DNA of 47,294 nucleotides from Desulfobacteraceae bacterium (GCA_027858815.1 JAQIBZ010000214.1:1-47294); one strand, 5' to 3'. Positions 10,580 through 20,780 are shown, counted from the stretch's first letter. The notes: generated from the letters alone by a model not told the origin. Numbers and translations are program-made.

Positions 10580-11227
10580 ATGAATCCAAAAAGCAACGCC
10601 CGTATTAAAAAAATTCGTCAGATACTAAAGGCCAGATATCCGGATGTCAAGACTCAGTTGCTTCACAAAAATGCGTTTCAGCTACTGCTGGCAACTATTC
10701 TTTCCGCTCAGTGCACTGACCGCCAGGTCAACTCGGTAACACCGAAACTATTTGAACAGCTTCAAACCCCGGAAGATTTTACCAAAGCGCCGATTAAACA
10801 AATCGAAACCCTGATTCACTCGACCGGGTTTTATCACAACAAGGCTAAAAATTTAAAGAATTGCGCTAAAACTCTTATAGAACTTTATAATGGCGAAGTA
10901 CCAAACACGCTGGACGAACTGGTGAAACTTCCCGGAGTGGGACGAAAAACCGCCAATGTGGTGCTTGGTGCTGTTTTTAAAATCCCCGGTATGGTGGTGG
11001 ATACCCATGTATCAAGGATTTCACAGCGGCTGGGCCTGACAACCAGCAAAAATCCGGTCAAGATTGAAGTTGACCTCATGAATGTAATTCCGGAAAAGGA
11101 ATGGAACAATTTTTCATTATGGCTCATTTATTTCGGCCGGGCTGTTTGCAATGCCAGAAAACCGGACTGCCCGGCCTGTTTTTTAAATCACCTGTGTGAA
11201 TACCCGGATAAAACGGAGCCAAAATAA
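10580..11227 (+). CDS. nth: Endonuclease III (DNA-(apurinic or apyrimidinic site) lyase)
   Basis: HhH-GPD motif (LVKLPGVGRKTANVVL) and C-terminal 4Fe-4S Cys cluster (C..ARKPDCPACFLNHLC). Confidence 0.9.
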   Translation: MNPKSNARIKKIRQILKARYPDVKTQLLHKNAFQLLLATILSAQCTDRQVNSVTPKLFEQLQTPEDFTKAPIKQIETLIHSTGFYHNKAKNLKNCAKTLIELYNGEVPNTLDELVKLPGVGRKTANVVLGAVFKIPGMVVDTHVSRISQRLGLTTSKNPVKIEVDLMNVIPEKEWNNFSLWLIYFGRAVCNARKPDCPACFLNHLCEYPDKTEPK

Positions 11228-12102
11228 TGGATACCTCTTTGCAACACTCTTTATTACTGGGCGCTCATTTCTCCATTGCCAAAGGTCTGCACAAGGCAAT
11301 CCTTGAAGCCGAGACATACGGCTGCAATACGCTGCAAATATTTACGAAAAACGCAAATACCTGGAAAGAAAGAACACTGTCTGAAAATCAGATTCAAGAT
11401 TTTTTTCAGGCCAGAAAAAATACTGGTATTCATCATATCATTTCCCACACCTCTTACCTGATCAATCTTGCCGGTCCTGACATAAAAAAAGCAAAAATGT
11501 CCTGTGAGGCTTTGAAACAGGAAATCTTACGATGCGGACAACTTGAACTGCCTTACCTGGTGCTTCATCCCGGCTCTCACATGGGAGACGGGGAAACAAA
11601 AGGCATCAACCGGATCGCAGACAATATCAATGAAATTTTTGCAGCAACTGACGGACTCACAACCCGCTTATTGCTGGAAACAACCGCCGGCCAGGGCACC
11701 AGCATCGGCCATACTTTTGATCAACTTGCCGCAATCATTGAAAAGGTTCATAATAAATCCCGAATCGGTGTCTGTTTGGATACCTGTCATATATTTGCTG
11801 CGGGATACGATATCTCCAATAAAAAAGCCTATGAAAATACCATCAATGAATTTAACACAATTGTCGGACTAAAAAATCTTTTTGTCATACACTTAAATGA
11901 TACCAAAAAAGCGCGCGGTACCCGAGTGGATCGCCATGAGCATATCGGGGATGGGTTTATCGGATTGGATGCTTTCCGGTTGATAATAAACGATACCCGG
12001 CTGGAAAAAATTCCCAAAATACTGGAAACCCCTAAGCTGAAAGACGGGGTTGATGCGGATATTATTAACCTTGAATTGTTGCGAAAGCTGAAGTTACGGT
12101 AA
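11227..12102 (+). CDS. nfo: Endonuclease IV (deoxyribonuclease IV)
   Basis: 291 aa TIM-barrel AP endonuclease 2 family with LVLHPGSH, LLETTAGQG, VCLDTCHIFAAGYD and IHLND. The start overlaps the nth stop by 1 nt. Confidence 0.9.
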   Translation: MDTSLQHSLLLGAHFSIAKGLHKAILEAETYGCNTLQIFTKNANTWKERTLSENQIQDFFQARKNTGIHHIISHTSYLINLAGPDIKKAKMSCEALKQEILRCGQLELPYLVLHPGSHMGDGETKGINRIADNINEIFAATDGLTTRLLLETTAGQGTSIGHTFDQLAAIIEKVHNKSRIGVCLDTCHIFAAGYDISNKKAYENTINEFNTIVGLKNLFVIHLNDTKKARGTRVDRHEHIGDGFIGLDAFRLIINDTRLEKIPKILETPKLKDGVDADIINLELLRKLKLR

Positions 12103-12279
12103 ATATTGAGCCTTACTTTGTTTGCAAACAGCAATTCACGATGACTAATAGAATTTTGAACTGATTTGCTTTTTGATGCAAAAACGATAGATTGCCTTGC
12201 CAAAATTTTCTGTTTAATACCATAATGGTGCAAAGACTTGAAAATCAATACAAAATTCAAACCAAATCCGGACTATTTA

Positions 12280-13299
12280 TCAAAGCCATTTTTCCCTCAA
12301 CTGTTCGGACAACTTCTTCACCATCGAAAACCCCTTTTCCACTGTTTTTTCAAGATCCGGATTGATCAGACAGCAGGTGGCCGGTGAAATCTGACTTTGT
12401 GCCAGCAGCTGATCCATATCGATTCCCTTGTCAGTCAGTTGTTTCCATACAGATTCAAGCTGATCGGCCAGAGAGGCGATATTTTCCGATTCAAATGGCT
12501 CAAAGTTAGTGGGCACAATCCCCCAGGACAGGATACCGCCCCGATCTAAAAATCGCTTGATGGCCGGCGCATATACGGGGAAAACTTCCTTATTGGTATA
12601 AACATCCAAGGATAAAATATCCAGATCCTGGTTGAGCAAAAAATCCCAGTCCGGATTGCCGCACAAATGGATGCCCCGGGGGCGTTCAATCATATCAAAG
12701 AATGCTTCCATATCGCCTTTGGCCTTGCCATCCCCATATCCGGACATAGCGGAAAACAAAAACTGAAGGCCGGGTTCATCCACAAACATGAACGCATTTT
12801 CATTCATCTTTTTAAGCCGGGCAAGCTGCACATTGACCCGCTTGGCCATAAATTCAAGCATAAACGGACGGACCGTATCGTCAAAAATAATCGGCCGGTC
12901 ATCCTGATCAATAATATTAAATCCAAAACTGATGGGTCCTTCCAACTGCCCCCGGATGGCCGGTCGGTCTGCCAGGTCCAGCTCCAGAAACCGATGATAA
13001 ACCGCTGAATATTTGGGACTGATATCAAAAATTTCCGGAGACTCAAAGTTTGCCAGAACATCTTCGAGTTCTTCAATAAACTTATCCATGGAAAATTTTA
13101 GTGTCTGCTGTTCTACATCCAACAAAATTCCCGGAAAATGTTCAGCCGCTTGGACATACATGTCTTCATAGTAGTTCAACCGGGGCAGCTGGGGCCAGAA
13201 TGGAATATCCATGGTCAAAGCGATTTCGATGGCACGTTCCACATCCGTATGCGGCATAACCGCCATGGCGGTGGTTAAAAGATTCCCGGGTATCGGCAT
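12280..13299 (-). CDS. URO-D / cobalamin-independent methionine-synthase-like (MetE catalytic-domain-like) family protein
   Basis: About 340 aa. General resemblance to URO-D/MetE-type barrels (FVDEPGL, IHLCGN). ATG at 13299 is preceded by GGGAGGAATT. Function not assignable by eye. Confidence 0.45.
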   Translation of the reverse strand: MPIPGNLLTTAMAVMPHTDVERAIEIALTMDIPFWPQLPRLNYYEDMYVQAAEHFPGILLDVEQQTLKFSMDKFIEELEDVLANFESPEIFDISPKYSAVYHRFLELDLADRPAIRGQLEGPISFGFNIIDQDDRPIIFDDTVRPFMLEFMAKRVNVQLARLKKMNENAFMFVDEPGLQFLFSAMSGYGDGKAKGDMEAFFDMIERPRGIHLCGNPDWDFLLNQDLDILSLDVYTNKEVFPVYAPAIKRFLDRGGILSWGIVPTNFEPFESENIASLADQLESVWKQLTDKGIDMDQLLAQSQISPATCCLINPDLEKTVEKGFSMVKKLSEQLREKWL

Positions 13300-13483
13300 A
13301 ATTCCTCCCAAAGTAATTTAACTTAATTCTCAAAATATTCGTTGCACCATCATAGTTGAAACTTTAATTTTTTTCAATACCTTGCAACTTACTGATTTCA
13401 ATTTGATTTTTTTAATCTTGACAAGACTATACCACAATGTGATATCTCTTTTTTAAATATAAAAAAGAGCATTGGATGGCAAA

Positions 13484-13933
13484 ATGGAAACACAGGAATT
13501 TAAAGCAATCAGAAAATATTTACAAAAAACCCAGGAACAAATGGCCCGCCTTCTGGGAATATCTGTAAAAGCAATTCGAAGTTATGAACAGGGCTGGCGT
13601 GCCATTCCCGTCTATGCTGAGCGCCAATTATTATTTCTGGCAGCCAAAAAAGCGGAAATCCTTCAACCGGTCAAATCCTGCTGGACAATCAATAAATGCA
13701 AAGAAAAACAAAAAGAGCAATGCCCGGCCTGGGAATTTCAGGCAGGCAAGCTTTGCTGGTTTATCAGCGGAACGATCTGTAGCGGTGAAGTCCACAAAGA
13801 CTGGAGAGAAAAACTTGAAATCTGTAAAAAATGCAAGGCCTTTCCGTCAAGCTTAAAAGAGCTTTTAAGGATAACGCCGCATAATGTTGCTGAGGCCATC
13901 CAGGACAGTGAATATTTCAATCCACATAAATAA
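13484..13933 (+). CDS. XRE-type HTH regulator fused to a Cys-rich (CW...C...CW...C..C) C-terminal domain
   Basis: N-terminus LQKTQEQMARLLGISVKAIRSYEQG is an XRE HTH. C-terminus is SCWTINKCKEKQKEQCPAWEF..GKLCWFISGTICSG...CKKC. The ORF track starts at TTG 13472; the first ATG is at 13484. Confidence 0.6.
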   Translation: METQEFKAIRKYLQKTQEQMARLLGISVKAIRSYEQGWRAIPVYAERQLLFLAAKKAEILQPVKSCWTINKCKEKQKEQCPAWEFQAGKLCWFISGTICSGEVHKDWREKLEICKKCKAFPSSLKELLRITPHNVAEAIQDSEYFNPHK

Positions 13934-14202
13934 ACCACCCCCATAATGTTTTTCAGACATCATTCAACAGCTCCTATGCGCCTTCCGAATTTCACAATCA
14001 CACGGTTCACGGTTAATATGTTGCCTCCAAATACCGATATGTTTTGCGCCCTCCTTGATATTCTACTAATTTGACATATAATATATAAATAGAGACTTGA
14101 AAGAGGAGATTGATAAATCATTTTCTTTTTTAGAATAGGCGTGGCCTCCAAAGTACCACTTTGTGATATAAAATTATTTTTAGGAATTTTTGAGGATGTC
14201 TG

Positions 14203-15496
14203 ATGAACATGCATTGTCTAAATCATTTTTCAAGGATTGCCCTATTCGCAATTTTTATAATTACAGCACCTCTTTTTGCACTTGCAGCAGAAAGAATCTG
14301 GGCATCGGAAACATTGAAACACCTCATCCAGGAAGGACTTGAAAACAATCAGTCATTGAAAAGCATAGAAGCCCAGGTTGAAGCATTAAACGAACTGGCC
14401 CCGGCTGACGGCTCACTTCCGGACCCCCGGCTGGGTATCGGCGTACTGAACATGCCGACGGACACGTTCGATTTTGACCAGGAACCCATGACCCAGAAGC
14501 AGATATTTATCGCACAAAAAATTCCATGGGCCGGAAAACGGGCACTGAGGTCCGAAGATGCGCAATGGTCTGCAAAACAAAAAGAGACGATGCTTGATGC
14601 TCAGCGCCTGATGCTGTCGAAAGATATTGCCAATGCATGGTATGAACTGGGTTTTATCACCAAAAGCCAGGAAATCAATGACCGGATGATTGAACTGGTT
14701 GACCGGATATTAAACGCTGCCCAAAGCAGATATGAAACCGGCAGGGGACTGCAGCAGAATATTTTTCAGGCACAGGTTGAACGCAGCAAACTCGATACTG
14801 AACAGATATCTTTAAAAACAAAACACCGGATCATAGAGAACCGCATCAATTCGTTGTTAAACCGCACAACCTATCAACCGGTCGTTTATATAAATGATAT
14901 ACAAGACCCCGACATTAAGCTCTCTCTTCCGGAGCTGGAATCATTGGCTCAGGCAAAAAACCCGGAATTAAAAATCAGGAAATATGACATTCAGCAATCG
15001 AAAACACGCATTCATCTGGCGGAAAAAGACTATTGGCCGGATTTTGATATTATGGCCGCTTACGGACAAAGAGACGAAAGCCGATCCGGTCAGGACCGGG
15101 CGGATTTCTTTTCAACGACAGTCTCGATCAATCTCCCGGTGTGGAAAAACAGCCGCCAGGACCGGAAGCTGGCGGCCGCGAAAGCCATGCACCAGGCATC
15201 CGTTCAATCTTACGAAAACCTTCTGGAAAACATCAGTCACCGGTTAGACGGCCTTGCCACCGAGATTATCAATCTTCAGGACAATTATTACCTGTATCAG
15301 CGGACCCTGCTGCCACAGACAAACGACTGGGCTCGTTCGGCGATAGATGCATGAGGTCGGTGAAGTTGAATTTGACACCATGATCAATGCACGAATGCGC
15401 CTGTTGATGTTCGAACTGCAGGGGGAACGATTCCGGATGGATGTTTTTAAAAAACGTGCCGTGCTGGAAGCGCTGATCGGACAACCGTTGCCGTAA
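14203..15496 (+). pseudogene. cusC: TolC/CusC-like outer-membrane efflux protein, interrupted by a +1 frameshift at about 15350
   Basis: ORF 14203..15354 (signal peptide plus OEP repeats) stops at TGA 15352-15354. The conserved C-terminus (EVGEVEFDTMINARMRLLMFELQ...ALIGQPLP) continues in the next frame to TAA 15494-15496. One missing base in GCA-T(N)-GAG would restore A-Y-E-V. Confidence 0.7.
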
Positions 15497-15552
15497 AGAA
15501 CTTTAAAATAAATCAACATATCAAAAATACCAGAGGCGCCATACCGGTCCGG

Positions 15553-16516
15553 GTGATCTTGATCACGGCGGTTATTTCCGTTTCCGTTTTTGCAGCTGCC
15601 GCCTGGTTCAGCGGCTACCTGATGGTCAGCCCGATGAATAATTCATCTCACCTTCATGAAAAAAAAGACGCAGCTGGATCAGACACGCTCTATACCTGCG
15701 GGATGCACCCCATGGTCATTTCCGATGAACCCGGCTATTGTCCGTTGTGCGAAATGGCACTTACCCCTATTCGAAAAAACAATCAATCAGACAGCAATAC
15801 CGGAGAACGTTCAGTTGCCTATTGGCGGGCGCCCATGAACCCGATGGAAATTTATGAAAAACCCGGGAAAAGCGCCATGGGCATGGATCTGGTGCCGGTA
15901 TATGAAAATGAATTGAGCGGCGGCGTTGAAATAAAGATTGACCCGGTCACCCAGCAGAATATGGGGGTACGCGTTGCGGCCGTTGAAAAAGGACCATTGA
16001 CAAGCACCATCCGGACTTACGGCCACATCACCTATGATGAAACACAAAAATCACAGGTCAACCCGAAATTCTCCGGGTGGCTGGAAAAAGTTTACGTGGA
16101 CTTTACCGGTCAGATGGTTGAAAAAGGCGATCCCCTGTTTGATATTTATTCACCGGACCTGATCACGGTTCAGAAAGACTACCTGGAAGCCTTCCATAGC
16201 TATAGCAGCAATCCGTCTCCGGCAAATAAGTGAATCCGTGATCCGCTCCGGCGAGCGCAATCTCGTATTTATTACCCGTGGAGACGGAAAATTTATGCCG
16301 CGTGAAGTCACCCTCGGGATGTCCCTTGATAACGGCATGGTCCGGATATTAAAGGGCGTGGCACCGGGCGAAACAGTGGTGACCTCCGGCCAGTTTCTGC
16401 TGGATTCCGAATCAAATCTCAAAGAAGCGACCCGGAAAATGATGGAACCCGAACCCATCCCCCAGGCAGAAGCGCCGATGAAGCCAGCGGATGATTTTTT
16501 TGATGATCTGGAGTAA
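15553..16516 (+). pseudogene. cusB: CusB-like membrane fusion protein, split with the central part missing
   Basis: ORF 15553..16233 carries metal-binding N-terminal motifs (YTCGMHPMV..CPLCEM, YWRAPMNPMEIY..GMDLVPV) and the start of the hairpin. ORF 16238..16516, in another frame, begins at the late (V)IRSGERNLVFITRGDGKFMPREVTLG region. The two total about 318 aa against the 400+ aa expected for CusB-type proteins. Confidence 0.65.
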
Positions 16517-16600
16517 TCAATTAGATGTAGCAAAAAACTTCAGCCTCCCGAAAATGGCTGTTGAAAACCTTTATTGCAGACAGACTCCAAGGGGAATCCC

Positions 16601-19600
16601 ATGATTGAGAAAATCATAGAATGGTCTCTTAAGAATAAATTTATGGTGATACTCGCCACACTTGCGGTGATCACCGGCGGGATTCTTGCATTAAAATCCA
16701 TTCCCCTAGACGCCATTCCCGACCTGTCGGACGTCCAGGTCATTATCTACACCAACTATCCCGGCCAGGCGCCCCAGGTCGTGGAAGATCAGGTGACCTA
16801 CCCCCTGACCACCGCCATGCTCAGTGTTCCATTTGCAAAAGTGGTTCGCGGGTATTCTTTTTTCGGACTTTCCTTTGTTTACATCATTTTTGAGGACGGC
16901 ACGGATCTTTACTGGGCCCGGTCCCGGGTGTTGGAATATCTCAACTTCGTATCCGACCGCCTGCCGGCCGGTGTCAGTCCCCGGCTGGGACCGGATGCCA
17001 CCGGTGTCGGATGGGTATATGAATATGTTTTAACAGACACTTCCGGCAAGCATGACCTGGCCCAGCTTCGCAGTATCCAGGACTGGTATCTCCGGTATGA
17101 GCTGACTGCTGTGCCCGGTGTGGCGGAAGTCGCCAGTATCGGCGGGTTTGTGAAACAGTATCAGGTGGAGGTCGATCCCAACAAACTGCGGGCCTACAAT
17201 CTGCCTATTGGCAAAATCAGAACCGCTATCCAAAAATCGAATAAAGATGTCGGCGGCAAACTGGTGGAAATGGGGGAAACCGAATTTATGGTCCGCGGAC
17301 TGGGGTACATCCGGTCCATTGAAGATATGGAAAAAATAGCCGTGGGCGTCGACATGAAAGGGACCCCGATTCTGCTGAAAAATATCGCGGACATCCATCT
17401 GGGCCCTGAACTCCGGCGAGGCGTCCTGGACTGGAATGGGGAAGGTGAAACCGCGGGCGGCATTATTATCATGCGATACGGTGAAAACGCCCGGGAAGTC
17501 ATCAATAATGTTAAAAACCGCATCAAGGAGCTGGAAAAAGGCCTGCCTGAAGGGGTTCACATCGAAACCGGCTACGACCGTTCCTCGCTGATCGATCGTG
17601 CCATTTCGACCCTCAAAAAGAAACTGATCGAAGAAATGGCGGTGGTTGCGATTATCTGCATCATATTTCTGCTGCATCTCCGATCAGCCTTTGTGGCGCT
17701 GTTCACCCTGCCGGTGGGCGTTTTGATGGCATTTATCATTATTTATCCGCTGGGCATCAACGCCAATATCATGAGCCTCGGCGGCATTGCCATTGCCATC
17801 GGGGTTATGGTGGACGCATCCATTGTACTGGTGGAAAACGCCCATAAACACCTGGAAAGGGACCGCGGCAAAAAGCCCCATGCACAGATCATTTTAGATG
17901 CCTCCAAAGAAGTCGGGCCGGCCCTGTTTTACAGCCTGCTGATCATTACCGTTTCCTTTCTGCCTGTTTTTTCGCTCCAGGAACAGTCCGGCCGGATGTT
18001 CAAGCCCCTGGCCTATACTAAAACATTTGCCATGGCCGCTTCCTCAATTCTGGCAATTACAATCATCCCCATCCTGATGACTTTTTTTGTCGTTGAAAAA
18101 CCGCTGGGTCCCGGAATATCGAAAAAAAACAAACGATGGATCTGGGCTGCGGCAATTTTTGCACCGACACTTCTTGTGTTACTCGGCGGGGTTACCGGAG
18201 TCCCAATGCCGGACTGGAGTCTTGCGGCAGCATTTGCACTCTCGATGTTTGCGGTCATTTGCCTGATTCCCCAGAAAATAATCTCTGAAAACAAAAACCC
18301 CATCAGCCGGTTTTTTATCCGCATTTACCGGCCGCTGATCAATCTTGTTTTGGAATGGCGAAAAACAACGGTCCTGCTTGCCATTCTGATTCTGGCTGTC
18401 ACCTGGTATCCGGCGTCAAAACTGGGCAGTGAATTCATGCCGCCGTTAAACGAAGGCGACCTTTTGTACATGCCCACCACCCTGCCCGGCCTCTCCATCA
18501 CCAAGGCGCGGGAGCTGTTGCAGCAGACAGATAAAATCATCAAAAGTTTTCCTGAAGTTAAATCCGTTCACGGCAAAATCGGACGTGCGGAAACCGCCAC
18601 CGACCCGGCGCCGCTGTCCATGATCGAAACCACCATCATGCTCCGTCCAAAAACCGAATATGAAATGATTTCCGTCAGTCGTCTGTTTTCAAGTTGGCCC
18701 GGATGGTTGAAAACGCCTCTGACATGGATCTGGCCGGAAGTTAAGCAAGGTAAAATACTTCACGAATGGCGAAAGAAGCCAATTGATCGGTTTTTTTCCA
18801 ATTGGCCCGGATGGCTGAAGAAACCGCTGTCCCCATTATTAAGCCGGATCTGGCCGGAACAGGAAACCATTACAATTAATGACCTGTCAGACGACCTGAA
18901 CAGCGCCATCCAGTTTCCCGGCCTGACCAACGCCTGGACCATGCCGATCAAGACCCGCATTGATATGCTGTCCACCGGCATCAAAACACCGGTGGGGATT
19001 AAGCTCATGGGACCGGATTTAAATATTCTAAGCGACATCGGCACGCAGATTGAAGCAGTGGTCCGCCAGATTCCCGGTACCCAGTCGGTCTATTCCGAGC
19101 GTGTCACCGGCGGTAATTACCTGGATTTTGATATCCGGCGTGATGACATCGCCCGATACGGTCTGACCGTGGATGATGTCCAGAATGTGATCATGACAGC
19201 TGTCGGCGGAATGAATGTGACGGAGACGGTGGAAGGACTGGAAAGATATCCGGTCAATTTAAGATATAACCGGGAACTCAGAGACAATATCGACCAACTC
19301 AAGCGGATACTGGTGGCGGCGCCCACCGGCGCGCAGGTGCCCCTGGAACAGCTGGCGGATCTTTCCATCCATAAGGGGCCCGCTGGAATTAAAAGCGAAA
19401 ACTCCCGTAAAACCGCCTGGATCTATGTAGATTTAAGGGGAATTGACGTGGGCTCTTACGTAAAAACAGCCAAATCAATCGTTAATGAAAAAATAAATCT
19501 GCCGGCCGGGTATTCGATGATCTGGTCGGGCCAGTATGAATACATGGAAAAGGCGAGAAAAACCCTGAATCTCATTGTTCCGGTAACGATTCTTCTGATT

Positions 19601-20095
19601 TTTATTCTTTTGTACATGCATTTTAAAAACATTGCCGAAGCGGTCATCGTCATGGCGAGCCTTCCGTTTGCAATGGTCGGCGGCATATGGCTGCTGTATG
19701 TGCTGGGCTACAACCTGTCGGTGGCGGTTGTCGTCGGTTTTATCGCGCTGTCCGGTCTGGCTGCTGAAACCGGTGTGGTCATGCTGGTTTACTTAGACGA
19801 AGTGTATCACCGAAAAATGAAGAACAACGAAATCAACTCCACGAGTGATCTTCAGGCCGCTATCGTGGAAGGTGCGGTGGATCGTGTGCGCCCGAAAGTG
19901 ATGACGGTTGCCACCACACTCATCGGCCTGCTGCCGGTCATGATCGGTTCGGAAACCGGTTCAGAGGTGATGAAGCGTATTGCCGCACCCATGGTGGGGG
20001 GGCTGATATCTTCGGCCATCCTGACCCTGATCATTATCCCGGCTGTTTATGACATCTGGAAAAGGAATGAACTAAAGCAGATTAATATGCATTAA
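16601..20095 (+). CDS. cusA: CusA/SilA-type heavy-metal RND efflux pump, intact, with two lineage-specific insertions
   Basis: Full-length RND permease starting MIEKIIEWSLKNKF, with conserved TM and periplasmic motifs (AIGVMVDASIV, NAWTMPIKTRIDMLSTGIKTPVGIK). ATG 16601 is preceded by AAGGGGA; the track ORF starts at upstream TTG 16574. Confidence 0.9.
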   Translation: MIEKIIEWSLKNKFMVILATLAVITGGILALKSIPLDAIPDLSDVQVIIYTNYPGQAPQVVEDQVTYPLTTAMLSVPFAKVVRGYSFFGLSFVYIIFEDGTDLYWARSRVLEYLNFVSDRLPAGVSPRLGPDATGVGWVYEYVLTDTSGKHDLAQLRSIQDWYLRYELTAVPGVAEVASIGGFVKQYQVEVDPNKLRAYNLPIGKIRTAIQKSNKDVGGKLVEMGETEFMVRGLGYIRSIEDMEKIAVGVDMKGTPILLKNIADIHLGPELRRGVLDWNGEGETAGGIIIMRYGENAREVINNVKNRIKELEKGLPEGVHIETGYDRSSLIDRAISTLKKKLIEEMAVVAIICIIFLLHLRSAFVALFTLPVGVLMAFIIIYPLGINANIMSLGGIAIAIGVMVDASIVLVENAHKHLERDRGKKPHAQIILDASKEVGPALFYSLLIITVSFLPVFSLQEQSGRMFKPLAYTKTFAMAASSILAITIIPILMTFFVVEKPLGPGISKKNKRWIWAAAIFAPTLLVLLGGVTGVPMPDWSLAAAFALSMFAVICLIPQKIISENKNPISRFFIRIYRPLINLVLEWRKTTVLLAILILAVTWYPASKLGSEFMPPLNEGDLLYMPTTLPGLSITKARELLQQTDKIIKSFPEVKSVHGKIGRAETATDPAPLSMIETTIMLRPKTEYEMISVSRLFSSWPGWLKTPLTWIWPEVKQGKILHEWRKKPIDRFFSNWPGWLKKPLSPLLSRIWPEQETITINDLSDDLNSAIQFPGLTNAWTMPIKTRIDMLSTGIKTPVGIKLMGPDLNILSDIGTQIEAVVRQIPGTQSVYSERVTGGNYLDFDIRRDDIARYGLTVDDVQNVIMTAVGGMNVTETVEGLERYPVNLRYNRELRDNIDQLKRILVAAPTGAQVPLEQLADLSIHKGPAGIKSENSRKTAWIYVDLRGIDVGSYVKTAKSIVNEKINLPAGYSMIWSGQYEYMEKARKTLNLIVPVTILLIFILLYMHFKNIAEAVIVMASLPFAMVGGIWLLYVLGYNLSVAVVVGFIALSGLAAETGVVMLVYLDEVYHRKMKNNEINSTSDLQAAIVEGAVDRVRPKVMTVATTLIGLLPVMIGSETGSEVMKRIAAPMVGGLISSAILTLIIIPAVYDIWKRNELKQINMH

Positions 20096-20108
20096 TAAGT
20101 AGTGGTTG

Positions 20109-20247
20109 AACGGAAAGTCTCAAATTTGCACTTTTTCTGTCATTGCGAAAGAGGTACGACCGAAGCAATCTCCTTATCGACTGGGGATTACTTTGTCGTT
20201 CGTTCCTCACTCCGCGTAATGACAACCAGGATTTAGAGGTTTCCGGT
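20109..20247. repeat. Long imperfect palindromic element downstream of cusA
   Basis: TGTCATTGCG...GAAGCAATCTCC // GGGGATTACTTTGTCG...CGCGTAATGACA form arms at 20138-20224. The outer flanks CGGAAAGTCTCAAAT and ATTTAGAGGTTTCCG are also partly complementary. Confidence 0.5.
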
Positions 20248-20294
20248 CAGACACTGCTAAGCATAAATATCAAGCAAACCAAAGGAGAAAAAAA

Positions 20295-20738
20295 ATGAAA
20301 AAAATTATTCTGTCAGCAATCATGATTCTGATTTTTACCCTACCGGCAGCCGCGGGTGAAAGCTGCTGCCCTTCAAGCGCTAAAACAAAGATGGATCAAA
20401 CAAGCGAAATAAACGGTTTTCAACTGGAATACAAATTCATCGACATGAAAGAAAAAATGAAAGGCATGAAGGATATGGATCATCAGATGGACCAGATGAC
20501 CGCCACCCATCACCTGATGCTCTTTATCAAAAACGCAAAAGGAGAAGCAGTTGCAGCGGATATGGTGGGGTTCCTGATCACCGGGCCGGACGGCAAGGAC
20601 CAGAAGGTTATGACAATGGGCATGAGTGGCGGTTACGGCGCAGATGTCAAACTGTCTGAGGGTAAATACACTGTTAAAGCGAAAGCCGTCATAGGTGATC
20701 AGAAATTGATTGATACATTTACTTACACTTTAAAGTAG
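20295..20738 (+). CDS. Secreted Met/His-rich protein, putative periplasmic metal (Cu/Ag) binding protein
   Basis: Signal peptide MKKIILSAIMILIFTLPAAAG, then KMKGMKDMDHQMDQMTATHH and VMTMGMSGG motifs. GGAGA RBS upstream. Located directly after the cus operon. Confidence 0.55.
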   Translation: MKKIILSAIMILIFTLPAAAGESCCPSSAKTKMDQTSEINGFQLEYKFIDMKEKMKGMKDMDHQMDQMTATHHLMLFIKNAKGEAVAADMVGFLITGPDGKDQKVMTMGMSGGYGADVKLSEGKYTVKAKAVIGDQKLIDTFTYTLK

Positions 20739-20780
20739 TAATGGCTTATCCATTTCCATAATTTTGAGTCGAACGGGTGA

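Noticed and set aside
11829-12260. 143-aa minus-strand ORF overlapping the end of nfo.
   Set aside because: Most of it is antisense to nfo, the translation is Ser/Phe/Ile-rich and low in complexity, and there is no RBS.
17030-19686. Several 60-215-aa minus-strand ORFs inside cusA (for example 17030..17677).
   Set aside because: They are antisense shadows of a strongly conserved RND pump gene, with low-complexity, His/Phe/Arg-rich translations.
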